A stretch of 64,000 nucleotides of DNA, from contig DASUCV010000009.1 of assembly GCA_036275915.1 (NCBI GenBank), positions 223,198 through 287,197 on the forward strand, given 5' to 3'. How positions within the stretch are numbered: position 1 is the stretch's first letter; the number at the start of each line of letters is the position of its first letter. Source of the stretch: Candidatus Polarisedimenticolaceae bacterium. Its GTDB lineage: Bacteria > Acidobacteriota > Polarisedimenticolia > Polarisedimenticolales > DASRJG01. The notes beneath the pieces are model-generated. The model worked only from the letters and a program-made list of their open reading frames with translations, did no database searches and was not told the origin of the DNA. This document shows, piece by piece, positions 51,470-60,319 of this stretch. The translations under genes and the position numbers were made by a program.

Positions 51470-52153
51470 TCAGAGCGCGACGGTGAGCGCCTCGCCTTGC
51501 ATCACGAAATGCAGCGCCGCGCCCTTCGTCCGCGAGATCTGCAGATCGTAAGTCTTCGAGAGGTAGGTCTTCTTCGCGCCGTACACCTTGGCGGTGAGCC
51601 GGTGCGTCCCCGCCGCGACCTGGATCGGATCCCACGTCGTGGTCTGGGAGATGAACAGCAACGGTTTCTGGAACGGCTCGTTGAAGATCGGGGCGCCGTC
51701 GAGCAGGACGACGAGGTTCCCCTGCCTCAGCGTGCTCTTGATGCTGATCGTGATGGGAGTCGTCGGCCCTGCGGCCGTCGCGGCCGGCTTCGCCGTCGTG
51801 CTCGCCGCGGGGGTCGCCGGCACGGCGGCGAGCGGCGTCGCCGTCGAGCACGGGCCGAGCGCCGGGCTCGCCGTCGTCTGCCACTCACGAATCGACCGAG
51901 CCGGCGCCGGCGCGGATCCCGGCGCCGCGGCCGGCGTCGCCAGCGTGGCTCCTGCAAGCGTGCGTCCGGTCGGCGCGACCGCCGGATTCGCTGCGGGCGC
52001 GACGGGCGCGGGTGGCGCCGGCGGCGCCATCCACTCGCGAATCGATTGGGCCGGAGGCTTGGGGGCGTCGGGCTGATCGCCCGCGTGCGACGGCGATATC
52101 GTCGTGCCCAGCGCAAGCATCGACAGACCGGCGAGCATTCTCGTGCGGAGCAT
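51470..52153 (-). CDS. Secreted Pro/Ala-rich hypothetical protein with a C-terminal beta-rich domain, 227 aa
   Basis: ATG 52153-52151 has GGGAGGA 7 nt upstream. Signal peptide MLRTRMLAGLSMLALGTTISPSHA. A P/A/T-rich linker contains a duplicated motif (PAQSIREWM / PARSIREWQ). The C-terminal part of about 95 aa is ordered (...ITISIKSTLRQGNLVVLLDGAPIF...). The upstream 42 codons of the track ORF have low GC3 and are rejected. Confidence 0.6.
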   Translation of the reverse strand: MLRTRMLAGLSMLALGTTISPSHAGDQPDAPKPPAQSIREWMAPPAPPAPVAPAANPAVAPTGRTLAGATLATPAAAPGSAPAPARSIREWQTTASPALGPCSTATPLAAVPATPAASTTAKPAATAAGPTTPITISIKSTLRQGNLVVLLDGAPIFNEPFQKPLLFISQTTTWDPIQVAAGTHRLTAKVYGAKKTYLSKTYDLQISRTKGAALHFVMQGEALTVAL

Positions 52154-52346
52154 GGTGAGGTCCTCCCGTACGCGTCGAATATCGGCGTCCGAAGGGCGCC
52201 GCGCAGCCACGCTTTTCTTCACCGCGAGTTCAGGTTCGTTATCGAGGCGGGGTGTATTTTTGTGATTGGGCATCAGCACCTCGACGCCCCCGGCAATAGC
52301 GCATCGTCAGGGTCGTCACACGCGGATGCCGGGATGACAAGCGAAC

Positions 52347-52375
52347 TTGACAACCCCTGCGGGCGCCTCTACGAT
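52347..52375 (+). promoter_or_regulatory. Sigma-70-like promoter candidate for the XRE operon
   Basis: TTGACA (52347-52352), a 17-nt spacer, then TACGAT (52370-52375), 21 nt upstream of the ATG at 52397. It is flanked by further TGACAA/TTGAC copies at 52335, 52387 and 52392. Confidence 0.4.
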
Positions 52376-52396
52376 GCCATGGAAAGTTGACTTGAC

Positions 52397-52615
52397 ATGG
52401 CGACGACGATTCAAAACCGGGTCCGGGACCTCCGCACGGCTCGCGGGTGGACGCAGCAAGAGCTGGCGGATCAGGTCGGCGTGTCGCGGCAAAGCATCAA
52501 CGCGATCGAGTGCGAGCGCTACATTCCGAGCCTTCCCCTGGCGCTGACTTTCGCGCGGGTCTTCGCATGCTCGACCGACGCCATCTTCACGTTGTCCAGG
52601 AAGAAGGGATCATGA
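52397..52615 (+). CDS. Small XRE-family helix-turn-helix transcriptional regulator, 72 aa
   Basis: ...RVRDLRTARGWTQQELADQVGVSRQSINAIECERYIPSLPLALTFARVF... is a classic HTH_3 pattern. The stop overlaps the next start (ATGA at 52612-52615). Confidence 0.85.
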   Translation: MATTIQNRVRDLRTARGWTQQELADQVGVSRQSINAIECERYIPSLPLALTFARVFACSTDAIFTLSRKKGS

Positions 52616-52827
52616 GCCTCCTAGAACGGTTCGTCGACGAGAGATTCCTCACGCACCGGTTGCGCTCGACGAGCATCGCCGGAATGGCCGGAGTGCTGAC
52701 GGCGTGGGGCATCTTCATGTACCGCTATCTGGCGCAGAGCCGCTTCAGCGCCGATCTGTTTGCCGTCATCGCCGTCATGGCGGTCGCGAAGCTGGCGGCG
52801 ATGGCCTGGTTTTACTCGAGACACTGA
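52612..52827 (+). CDS. Small two-TM membrane protein, 71 aa, translationally coupled to the XRE gene
   Basis: MSLLERFVDERFLTHRLRSTSIAGMAGVLTAWGIFMYRYLAQSRFSADLFAVIAVMAVAKLAAMAWFYSRH has two hydrophobic helices and an ATGA overlap with the regulator gene. Confidence 0.55.
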   Translation: MSLLERFVDERFLTHRLRSTSIAGMAGVLTAWGIFMYRYLAQSRFSADLFAVIAVMAVAKLAAMAWFYSRH

Positions 52828-52837
52828 GGAGAACACC

Positions 52838-53044
52838 GTGATCCAGAACCCACGCACGATCTTCCGTCTCGCGATGGCGTCGCTCTTGGTCATGCTCGTG
52901 TGGCCGAGGGTGGTCGGTCCATTCTTGAAGCTCGGCACCGACTGGAGCGACGGCCTTCGCGGCCTTTTCCTCGGGCTGACGATCGGCTTGCTCTTCGTCT
53001 CGATGCGGCTGAAATCGCGCGGGCAGCGAGAGCAACGACCCTAG
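52838..53044 (+). CDS. Small two-TM membrane protein, 68 aa
   Basis: GTG 52838 has GAGGAG 6 nt upstream. [68 protein letters not shown] has two hydrophobic helices and a basic tail. The stop overlaps the convergent molybdoenzyme gene by 4 bp. Confidence 0.45.
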   Translation: MIQNPRTIFRLAMASLLVMLVWPRVVGPFLKLGTDWSDGLRGLFLGLTIGLLFVSMRLKSRGQREQRP

Positions 53045-55236
53045 GTCCGCCCCGCCCACGAATACCCGCTCTTCGACAGCGGCAGCTTGCGGACCCGCTC
53101 GCCGGTCGCGGCGAAGATCGCGTTCGTGATCGAAGGCAGTACCGGAGGCAGCGCCGGCTCGCCGAGGCCGGTCGGCGGGTTGTCGCTCTCCAGGAAGTGC
53201 GCGTCGATCGCCGGCGGCGCCTCGGACATGCGCAGCGGCATGTACTCGGGGAGGCTCCCCTGCACGGCGCGCCCGCGGTCGAAGGTGATCTCGAGCCTCA
53301 TCACCTGGCTCAGGCCGTCGATCACGGAACCTTGTACCTGCTGCGTGGCGCTGCTCGGATTGATGATCGGCCGGCCGATGTCCATCGCGACCCAGACCTT
53401 GTTGACGCTCACCGCCTTGTTCTGATCGACGCTCAGCTCGGACACGATGGCGCAGTAGCCGTAATGGCAGAAGTGGCCGGCGATACCGAGGGCGGTTCCG
53501 TCGGGCAGCAATCTCGCACCCCAGCCCGCCTTCGAGGCCGCCAGTTCGTACACGCCGCGCATGCGCTTCGGGTTGAAGCGCGCCAGGGCGTTCCCGCCTT
53601 CTTCTTCCGGGAGCGGGGTCGCGTCGAGCATTGCGAGGCGGAACTGGAGCGGGTCCTTGCCGGCCGCGGCGGCCAGCTCGTCGAGGAACGATTGGATGAC
53701 GAAGCAGATGCCGTTGTCGCCCGGCGCGCGCAAGGCGCCGGTGGGGACGCCGAGCGGCATGACGGAGGAGTGTAGGGTGAAGTTCGGGATGAACCGCGCC
53801 GGGAACTGATCGCCGCCCATGCCCGCGGAGCGTGCGAAGCGCTCGCCCTCGCCGAAGCTGATGAAATGGTCGCGCCAGGCGACAGGCTTGCCGGCCGCGT
53901 CGACACCGGCCTTCAGATAATGGAAGCCGGCCGGGCGATAGAAGTCGTGACGCATGTCGTCTTCGCGCGTCCAGAGCAGCTTCACCGGGGCCTTCATCTT
54001 CTGCGCGATGGCCGCGGCCTCGACCATGTAGTCGTTGTTCAGCCGGCGGCCGAAGCAGCTTCCCATGCGCGTGAGGTGGATCGTGATGTCGCTCTCGGCG
54101 ACGCCGAGCGTCTGCGAGACCAGCTCCCGGCCGCTTTGCGGTGTCTGCGTCGGCGCCCAGATCTCGAGCTTCGATCCGTTGAAGCGCGCGGTGCAGTTCA
54201 TGACCTCCGCCGAAGCGTGCGCGAGGAACGGGTAGAAGTAGGCAGCTTCCACGGTCTTCGCGGCGGAGCCGAGCGCGGCGTCGACGTTGCCGTCGCTGCG
54301 CAGCGTGCGCGCGGGCGGCTTTCCCGACAGCTCCTCCGCGCGGCGCGCGAACTCGTCGGTGCTCTGGTCGGTCTTGGCGCCTTCGTTCCACTTCACCTCG
54401 AGCTTGCCGCGGGCCTTCTGCGCCGCCCACCAGCTGTCCGCGACGATCGCGACGCCGCCGAGCAATCCCGCGAGCCCGGATTGGCCTTCGATGACGAAGG
54501 CGCTTCTCACGCCCGGCATCGCCTTGATCGCGTCGAGGTTGGCCGAGACGACCTTCCCGCCGAAGACCGGGCACTTCTCGAAGACGGCCGCGAGCATCCC
54601 CGGCACGACGACGTCGATCCCGAAGAGCGGCTTGCCGGTGACGATCGCGAGGTTGTCGACGCCCGGAGTGGGGCGGCCGATGATCGTGAACGCCTTCGGG
54701 TCTTTGAGCGTGAGCGTCGCGAGATCCGGCGGCGACAACCGTGAGGCGCTCGCCGCAAGCTCGCCGTACGTCGCCGCGCGCTTCGTCGGGCGGTGCGTGA
54801 CGTGGCCCCCGGCCGTGGTGCACTCGGACTCCGGCACCTTCCACCGCTGCGCGGCGGCGCGGACGAGCATGAGGCGCGCCGCGGCGCCCGCCTGGCGCAT
54901 CGGCAGCCATTGGTTCGGCACCGCCACGCTGCCGCCGGCGAATTGATCGCCGTATTTCTCGTCGTAGTCGGCCTGCTCGACCCGGACGTCCTTCCAGTCC
55001 ACGTCGAGCTCGTCGGCGATCAGCATCGGCAGCGTCGCCTTGATGCCCTGCCCGACCTCGGGGTTCTTTCCGATGATCGTGATCGCCCCGCCGGCGTCGA
55101 TGCGCACGAAGGCGTTGAGGATGGAGGACGAAGCGGCCGAATCCTTGGCGAGCGTGTGGACGCCGAGCAGCATCCCGCCGCCGGCGATGGCGCTGACTTT
55201 CAGGAACGTGCGACGCGGGACCGCTGTGATCTCCAC
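53041..55236 (-). CDS. Xanthine-dehydrogenase-family molybdopterin-binding subunit (IorB / aldehyde-oxidoreductase large subunit type) with a Tat signal
   Basis: The N-terminus [30 protein letters not shown] is a twin-arginine signal. 731 aa with typical IorB-like blocks (...[18 protein letters not shown]..., ...CFGRRL..., ...[23 protein letters not shown]...). Confidence 0.9.
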   Translation of the reverse strand: MEITAVPRRTFLKVSAIAGGGMLLGVHTLAKDSAASSSILNAFVRIDAGGAITIIGKNPEVGQGIKATLPMLIADELDVDWKDVRVEQADYDEKYGDQFAGGSVAVPNQWLPMRQAGAAARLMLVRAAAQRWKVPESECTTAGGHVTHRPTKRAATYGELAASASRLSPPDLATLTLKDPKAFTIIGRPTPGVDNLAIVTGKPLFGIDVVVPGMLAAVFEKCPVFGGKVVSANLDAIKAMPGVRSAFVIEGQSGLAGLLGGVAIVADSWWAAQKARGKLEVKWNEGAKTDQSTDEFARRAEELSGKPPARTLRSDGNVDAALGSAAKTVEAAYFYPFLAHASAEVMNCTARFNGSKLEIWAPTQTPQSGRELVSQTLGVAESDITIHLTRMGSCFGRRLNNDYMVEAAAIAQKMKAPVKLLWTREDDMRHDFYRPAGFHYLKAGVDAAGKPVAWRDHFISFGEGERFARSAGMGGDQFPARFIPNFTLHSSVMPLGVPTGALRAPGDNGICFVIQSFLDELAAAAGKDPLQFRLAMLDATPLPEEEGGNALARFNPKRMRGVYELAASKAGWGARLLPDGTALGIAGHFCHYGYCAIVSELSVDQNKAVSVNKVWVAMDIGRPIINPSSATQQVQGSVIDGLSQVMRLEITFDRGRAVQGSLPEYMPLRMSEAPPAIDAHFLESDNPPTGLGEPALPPVLPSITNAIFAATGERVRKLPLSKSGYSWAGRT

Positions 55237-55245
55237 GGCGGCGCT

Positions 55246-55701
55246 CTACGCCCGGCCCGAGGCCCTGCGCACCGCCTCGCGGATCCGCAGGTAGGTGCCG
55301 CACCGGCACAGGACGCCGTCCATCGCCGCGTCGATCTGCGCGTCGGTCGGCTGGGGCGTCCTCGCGAGGAGGGCGGCGGCCGTCATGATCTGCCCCGCCT
55401 GGCAGTAGCCGCACTGCGGAACGTCGACCGCCATCCATGCCTTCTGGACCGCATGCGTTCCGTCGCCCGAGAGCCCCTCGATCGTCGTGATCCGTTTCCC
55501 GGCGACGCTACCGACGGTCGTGACGCAGGAGCGCGTCGCCTCGCCTTCGACGTGCACGGTGCACATGCCGCAGACCGACATGCCGCAGCCGTACTTGGTG
55601 CCCTTGAGGTCGAGAACGTCGCGCAGCACCCAGAGGAGCGGCATGTCCGCCGGCGCGTCGACCGTCCGTGGCTGCCCGTTGACGTTGAGCTTGACCGGCA
55701 T
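55246..55701 (-). CDS. (2Fe-2S)-binding small subunit of the molybdoenzyme (IorA type), 151 aa
   Basis: ATG 55701 is preceded by GGGGGAGG. The two cluster motifs are [12 protein letters not shown] and CGYCQAG...CRCG. Confidence 0.9.
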   Translation of the reverse strand: MPVKLNVNGQPRTVDAPADMPLLWVLRDVLDLKGTKYGCGMSVCGMCTVHVEGEATRSCVTTVGSVAGKRITTIEGLSGDGTHAVQKAWMAVDVPQCGYCQAGQIMTAAALLARTPQPTDAQIDAAMDGVLCRCGTYLRIREAVRRASGRA

Positions 55702-55792
55702 CGCGTCACCTCCCCCGTCGAGGTTAACGCGAGTCGGACGAGGCAGCGAGCCGATGTCGTGCCGGCTCGCTGCCTCGTGATGACGAGCTAGC

Positions 55793-58700
55793 TTATGGAC
55801 AGGCGTTCGCGCTCGCCGCGATCTCCGCATCGCGGCTCTGGACCTGCTTCGGCGAGCCGTCGTCGTAGGTCCCGCCGCCGCAGACGTTCCTCACCCGGAC
55901 CAGGTAATAGAGCGGGCCGCCGGGCGGAATCGCGGCGCCGATGTCCCAGGACGTGCCGTTCAGGTTGGCCACTTCGCAGCCCGCGGACGTGAAGTTGCCA
56001 CCCGAGCTTCGAAGGTTGTTGATGTTGCCGTGCACGACGTCGTAGCCGCTGGCGCCTGCAATCGAGGTCCAGGAGAGCAGCGACTTCGTCGGCATGGTGA
56101 GCACCGGTATGCCGGTGGGAGGCGTGCCGGGATCGACGACGCCGTCGCAGTTGTTGTCGATGCCGTCGCACAGCTCCGGCATCCCCGGGTTGATGTTCGG
56201 GTTGTTGTCGTTGCAGTCCTCGCCGGCGGGGTAGCCGTCGCCGTCGGCATCCGTGAGGCACGTCGCGTCGACCTCGAGTGCCAGATCTCGGTCGATGTCG
56301 TCGTTGTAGGCGCCACCGTCGACCCAGGAGAAGCCGACGAAGCGGAAGCGGTACGGGTTCGAGCGAATCGCTCCCTCCGAGGCCGAGATCGCGTAGGCGC
56401 CGCCGCCGCTCCCAGGCTCCATCGTGGCGTAGATCGACAGCCAGTACGTCCCGGCCGACAGGCGTTGGGTGACGTTGAAGTTGGGCTCCCAGAGCTTGCC
56501 GTCGGCCCGATGGCCGAGCGATTGTCCCGGGACGACGCACGTTCCGCCCGCCGAACAGTCCGTCGCGGCGACGCACATCGTTCCCGGGCTGTTCGAGCAG
56601 TACGAGTGCACCGTCCAGTTCCCGATCATCGTCCCGGGATAGCCGGAGGCGTCGTGGTAGAGGTGCGCGACGGCATCCCATTCCTTCGACGCGTCCTGGA
56701 GGACGCCTCGGAACGCGGTGACGTCGCAGACCTTCCCCGCGGGCACCACGAAGTCCTCGGCGCTCTCGCGTGTCGACACGCCCGGAACGTCGACCGCCTG
56801 ACTTTGGGAGATGAGGTCGACCTCTCCGTTCGTCCAGAAGGTCCCGGGATTGCCGAGGTACTCGTACGCGCCCAGGTCGCAAGCGACCTCGGGATCGCGG
56901 AACATGCCGCGGACGTCGTTCGCCGCGCAGGTCGACGGTGCGCCGGCGTCGAGGGCCGGCGAGCCGGGCTTGACGCGCAGGTCGGACCCGGGAACGCGGA
57001 AGAGGGGATCGACGTTGAGGATGCCGGTGCCGCCGGGATACCCGCCCTGCACGATACTCGTCGAGACGGCGGCGGCCGCGCCGCTGATGTCGCCCCCAGT
57101 GTTCCCCCAAAGGATCGAGTTGCGGATCGTCACGGTGCTCGGCGTGAAGACGTAGATTCCGCCGCCGCTCGTCGGCGCGGAGTTCGCGCTGAGCGTGACG
57201 TTGTTGAGGCGCAGCGCGGCTTGCCAGTCGAAGACGCCGCCCCCGATGTCGGACGTCGCCTGGTTGCCCTGGAATTCGACGCTGTCGAGGACGACCGAGC
57301 CGACCGTGGTGCCCAGCCACGACGAGAGGCCGCCGCCGCGCGTTCCCTGGTTCGCGAGGAACCTGGAATTTTCGATGTGCGGCGTCCCGCCCTCCGTGAA
57401 GAGGCCGCCCCCTTCGCTGACGGCGGTGTTCCCCTGGAAGGTGATGAACGTGAGGCGAGGGCTTCCGTTCTCGTTCCACATCCCGCCGCCCTTGTTGTTC
57501 GTCGAGTTGTTCACGAGCGTGATGTGCTGGAGGCTCGGCGCGCCGCTCTCGTTGTAGATCCCGGCGCCCCTCTGGACGGCGAAGTTCTGCTGGACGACGA
57601 GCTGCCGCAGCGTCGGATAGCCTCCAAGGATCAGGATCCCGGCTCCGCGCTCGTAGGGGACCGTGGGCCCGTCGGCATGGCCGAAGCTCACCGTGAAGCC
57701 GTCGAGCACGGCGCTGTCGTCGATCGTCGCCGCCGCGCTGACGACGTTGTAGCTGTTGTCGCCACTCGTGGCGGCCGATCCGATGTTCCCCGACAGGATC
57801 GAGACATGCGCCTGCGGATCTCGAGTACCTCCCCCGTGCGGGTAGCCCCCGAGCATCGTCACGCCGTTCTTCAGCAGGAAGGCGCCGGTGCGGTCGCCCG
57901 AGTGCACGTGGGTGAAGGTGTTCCAGTCCGGCAGGTAGGTCCCTTCTGCGATGAGGATCCTCGCTCCCGGCGTCGCCAGCTTGATCGCTTCGTTGAGCTC
58001 CTTGAATGCGTTGGCCCACGAGGTCCCGTTGTTGAGCCCGGCGGCTGTGCTGTCCACGTAGTAGACCTGATTCATGGCATCGAGGGCGGCCTTCAAGTTG
58101 GGGAGCGGCCCGAGGTGGCGGGCCCCGGCCTGCGCCGTTCCCGTCGAAACGAGGAGGCTCTTGATCAGTGCCGGCGGGGCGGGCGTCTGGTTCTGCTGCT
58201 TGTGCGCCTGCTCGAGGAGCGCGACCGCGCCGGTGATCATCGGCCCGGAGCTCGAGCTGCCGCTGAAGTCCGAGCGGTAGTAGACGTTCTTCCCCTCGGC
58301 CGAGTAGAGGAACGGGCCTGTGGGATAGGCGCCGGTGGTCACGACGGAATCGCCCCAGCCCTGGAGATCGACCGTCGCGCCGTAATTGCTCCACGATTGA
58401 TAGCTGCGCGGCGTGGCCATGTGCGGCGACTGCCCTCCGGTGACGAGGAGCGCGCCCGAATCGTTCTGGAGGAGGAACGGCCAGTGGTTGTCGTTGCCGG
58501 TCGAGTACACGGGATCGTCGAGGTTCTGGCCGCCGTTGCCGGTGGTCTCCACGACGTTGATGCCGTTCGCGACGAGCGTCAGGATGGCGTCGTAGACGGG
58601 TTTCGACCATTCCATGGGGACGTAGTTCTGTCCACCGAACGGTCCGACCATCTGCTGCTCGATGAGCACGACGTCGCCGGCGGACATCGCGGCGCCGCAT

Positions 58701-59491
58701 TCCATGAGCGGACGGACCACGCTGTAGCCGATGTCCGTGGAGGCGCCGGCGAGGAAGCCGGAGACGCCGTACGAGATCCCCGTGGTGCCGGTACCGTCGT
58801 TCTTCGAGGCGATCTCCCCCCACACGCCGGTGCCGTGATCGTCGCCGAACGGATCCCAGGGGATGCGCCCGACGACGCTGATGGGCGGCAGGTCCACATG
58901 GTTGAAGTTGATCCAGTACTCGACGTCGCACACCTTGACGCCCGAGCCGGTCCAGCCGCGGGACCAGGCGTTGCGCGCATCGATCCCGTTCGGCGCGGCG
59001 TCGAGGTAGTCCTGGTAAGGGTTGGCCGGCGGCTGCGAGTAGTCGGGTGCCGTCGGCGACTCTACGGGCTTGGGCACGAAGTACGCAGCCTCGACGCTCG
59101 GGTAACGCTCGAGAATCTCCTTCGCGTGCACGGCGGTCATCCCCGGAGGGAGCTGCAGGCGGAAGTAATTGTTGAGATCGGGGAGCGGCTTGGTGCGATT
59201 CGCCTGACCGTTCTGGCGCAGGCGGTCGAGCACCTCTTCGGCGACCGAGTGCGTGCGATCCCAGCTCTCCTCGCCGAAGGCGCCGAGGATGCCCCGGAGA
59301 TCCGATTGGACGGAGGATTGGCCTCCGACATCGGTGGGGCGTCCCTGACGCAGGCGGACCGTCGTCCCCTCCTTGAACTTCACGTCGAGGAGATTCGGCT
59401 CGTAGCCGGAATCGATCACCGGAGGCGCCGCGAAGGCCAAGCCTCCGGCCAAGATGACGGACAGGACGACCGCGAGCTTCGTGATGTTCAT
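55793..59491 (-). CDS. 1232-aa secreted multidomain protein: propeptide, S8 subtilisin-like peptidase, right-handed parallel beta-helix region, beta-sandwich-like region, MopE-like Cys/Asp motif and a C-terminal domain
   Basis: ATG 59491-59489. Signal peptide [22 protein letters not shown]8 triad contexts are KVCDVEY (Asp), GDDHGTGV (His) and [12 protein letters not shown] (Ser). This is followed by ...[27 protein letters not shown]... and repeated GGG(I/L/M/V)-type beta-helix turns. [40 protein letters not shown] is encoded at nt 56132-56250. Confidence 0.85.
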   Translation of the reverse strand: MNITKLAVVLSVILAGGLAFAAPPVIDSGYEPNLLDVKFKEGTTVRLRQGRPTDVGGQSSVQSDLRGILGAFGEESWDRTHSVAEEVLDRLRQNGQANRTKPLPDLNNYFRLQLPPGMTAVHAKEILERYPSVEAAYFVPKPVESPTAPDYSQPPANPYQDYLDAAPNGIDARNAWSRGWTGSGVKVCDVEYWINFNHVDLPPISVVGRIPWDPFGDDHGTGVWGEIASKNDGTGTTGISYGVSGFLAGASTDIGYSVVRPLMECGAAMSAGDVVLIEQQMVGPFGGQNYVPMEWSKPVYDAILTLVANGINVVETTGNGGQNLDDPVYSTGNDNHWPFLLQNDSGALLVTGGQSPHMATPRSYQSWSNYGATVDLQGWGDSVVTTGAYPTGPFLYSAEGKNVYYRSDFSGSSSSGPMITGAVALLEQAHKQQNQTPAPPALIKSLLVSTGTAQAGARHLGPLPNLKAALDAMNQVYYVDSTAAGLNNGTSWANAFKELNEAIKLATPGARILIAEGTYLPDWNTFTHVHSGDRTGAFLLKNGVTMLGGYPHGGGTRDPQAHVSILSGNIGSAATSGDNSYNVVSAAATIDDSAVLDGFTVSFGHADGPTVPYERGAGILILGGYPTLRQLVVQQNFAVQRGAGIYNESGAPSLQHITLVNNSTNNKGGGMWNENGSPRLTFITFQGNTAVSEGGGLFTEGGTPHIENSRFLANQGTRGGGLSSWLGTTVGSVVLDSVEFQGNQATSDIGGGVFDWQAALRLNNVTLSANSAPTSGGGIYVFTPSTVTIRNSILWGNTGGDISGAAAAVSTSIVQGGYPGGTGILNVDPLFRVPGSDLRVKPGSPALDAGAPSTCAANDVRGMFRDPEVACDLGAYEYLGNPGTFWTNGEVDLISQSQAVDVPGVSTRESAEDFVVPAGKVCDVTAFRGVLQDASKEWDAVAHLYHDASGYPGTMIGNWTVHSYCSNSPGTMCVAATDCSAGGTCVVPGQSLGHRADGKLWEPNFNVTQRLSAGTYWLSIYATMEPGSGGGAYAISASEGAIRSNPYRFRFVGFSWVDGGAYNDDIDRDLALEVDATCLTDADGDGYPAGEDCNDNNPNINPGMPELCDGIDNNCDGVVDPGTPPTGIPVLTMPTKSLLSWTSIAGASGYDVVHGNINNLRSSGGNFTSAGCEVANLNGTSWDIGAAIPPGGPLYYLVRVRNVCGGGTYDDGSPKQVQSRDAEIAASANACP

Positions 59492-59528
59492 GGGTCCACC
59501 CCCTTCTCGCGGGTCAATAACGGAAACG

Positions 59529-59557
59529 CTGACGCTTGTTACGGGGTGCGGTAAATT
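59529..59557 (+). promoter_or_regulatory. Sigma-70-like promoter candidate giving a very short or leaderless mRNA for the ECF sigma gene
   Basis: CTGACG (59529-59534), a 17-nt spacer, then TAAATT (59552-59557). The ATG lies 7 nt downstream and has no SD. Confidence 0.3.
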
Positions 59558-59564
59558 GACTCGG

Positions 59565-60305
59565 ATGGGAGGGAACGACGACGAATTTCGGGGAAAGAAG
59601 AAGCTCTTCCAGACGACGCAGTGGAGTGTCGTCTTGCGGGCGGGCTCGGGCGAGGCGGAGCATGCAAACGCCCTCGCCACCCTCTGCCAGGACTACTGGC
59701 GTCCCGTGTACGCCTACGTCCGCTGGCGCGGGTACGACGCCGAGGTGGCCCGCGATCTGACCCAGGGGTTCTTCGCCGCGCTCCTCGAGCGACGCGGCCT
59801 CGAGCTGGCGCGCAAGGAGCGGGGCCGGTTCCGGGACTTCCTCCTCACGTCGGTCAAGAACTTCCTCGCGCACCACCACGAGCGGGAGCAGGCGCTCAAG
59901 CGAGGAGGTGGCCGCTCTCCGGTCCGCCTCGACGCCGACCCCGAAGCCTCCCTCGCGGGAGTGCCCTTACCTGCCACCCACGAGACACCCGAGAAGATCT
60001 TCGAGCGGCGCTGGGCGATGACCGTCCTCGATCAGACGATGCTCGATCTCGCCGCCGACATGGAGCGCGAGGGGCGCGTGGAGCGGTTCGACATGCTCCA
60101 GCCCTACCTCGTGAGCGATACCGAGCCGCCCCACGCGGACCTCGCACGCGAGCTGAAGATGTCGGAGTCCGCGGTGCGGGTCGCGCTGCACCGGCTGCGG
60201 CACCGTTTCGGTGAGGCCCTGCGCGACCGCGTCGCCCGCACCCTCGAAGACCCGAGCCGCGTCGAGGACGAGCTGCGCTATCTCATCGGCCTTGTCGGCG
60301 CGTAG
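59565..60305 (+). CDS. ECF-type sigma-70 family RNA polymerase sigma factor, 246 aa, of the kinase-associated kind
   Basis: The ATG at 59565 was verified. N-terminus ...TTQWSVVLRAG.... Region 2 ...YWRPVYAYVRWRGYDAEVARDLTQGFFAALLE.... A long linker follows. Region 4 HTH ...HADLARELKMSESAVRVALHRLRHRF.... The longer track start (59454) overlaps the divergent gene and is rejected. Confidence 0.8.
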   Translation: MGGNDDEFRGKKKLFQTTQWSVVLRAGSGEAEHANALATLCQDYWRPVYAYVRWRGYDAEVARDLTQGFFAALLERRGLELARKERGRFRDFLLTSVKNFLAHHHEREQALKRGGGRSPVRLDADPEASLAGVPLPATHETPEKIFERRWAMTVLDQTMLDLAADMEREGRVERFDMLQPYLVSDTEPPHADLARELKMSESAVRVALHRLRHRFGEALRDRVARTLEDPSRVEDELRYLIGLVGA

Positions 60306-60319
60306 TAAGAAAAACTTGG

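Noticed and set aside
52154-52279. The longer start (GTG 52279) for the Pro/Ala-rich protein, and likewise the longer starts for the ECF sigma (59454), DUF360 (37837), the small secreted protein (34980) and M28 (50875).
   Set aside because: The extensions have atypical low-GC3 codons or Arg-rich junk and remove the signal peptides from the N-terminus. In the cases I examined (52153, 37807, 34956) the internal ATG has a good Shine-Dalgarno sequence. ATG 59565 has none, but a promoter-like element lies 7 nt upstream.
55788-59554. 1047-aa (minus, alternative frame) and 1174-aa (plus, antisense) ORFs overlapping the S8 gene.
   Set aside because: Both are low-complexity Arg/Gly/Asp/Pro translations. 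Only the 55793-59491 frame yields a signal peptide, the subtilisin triad and beta-helix repeats.
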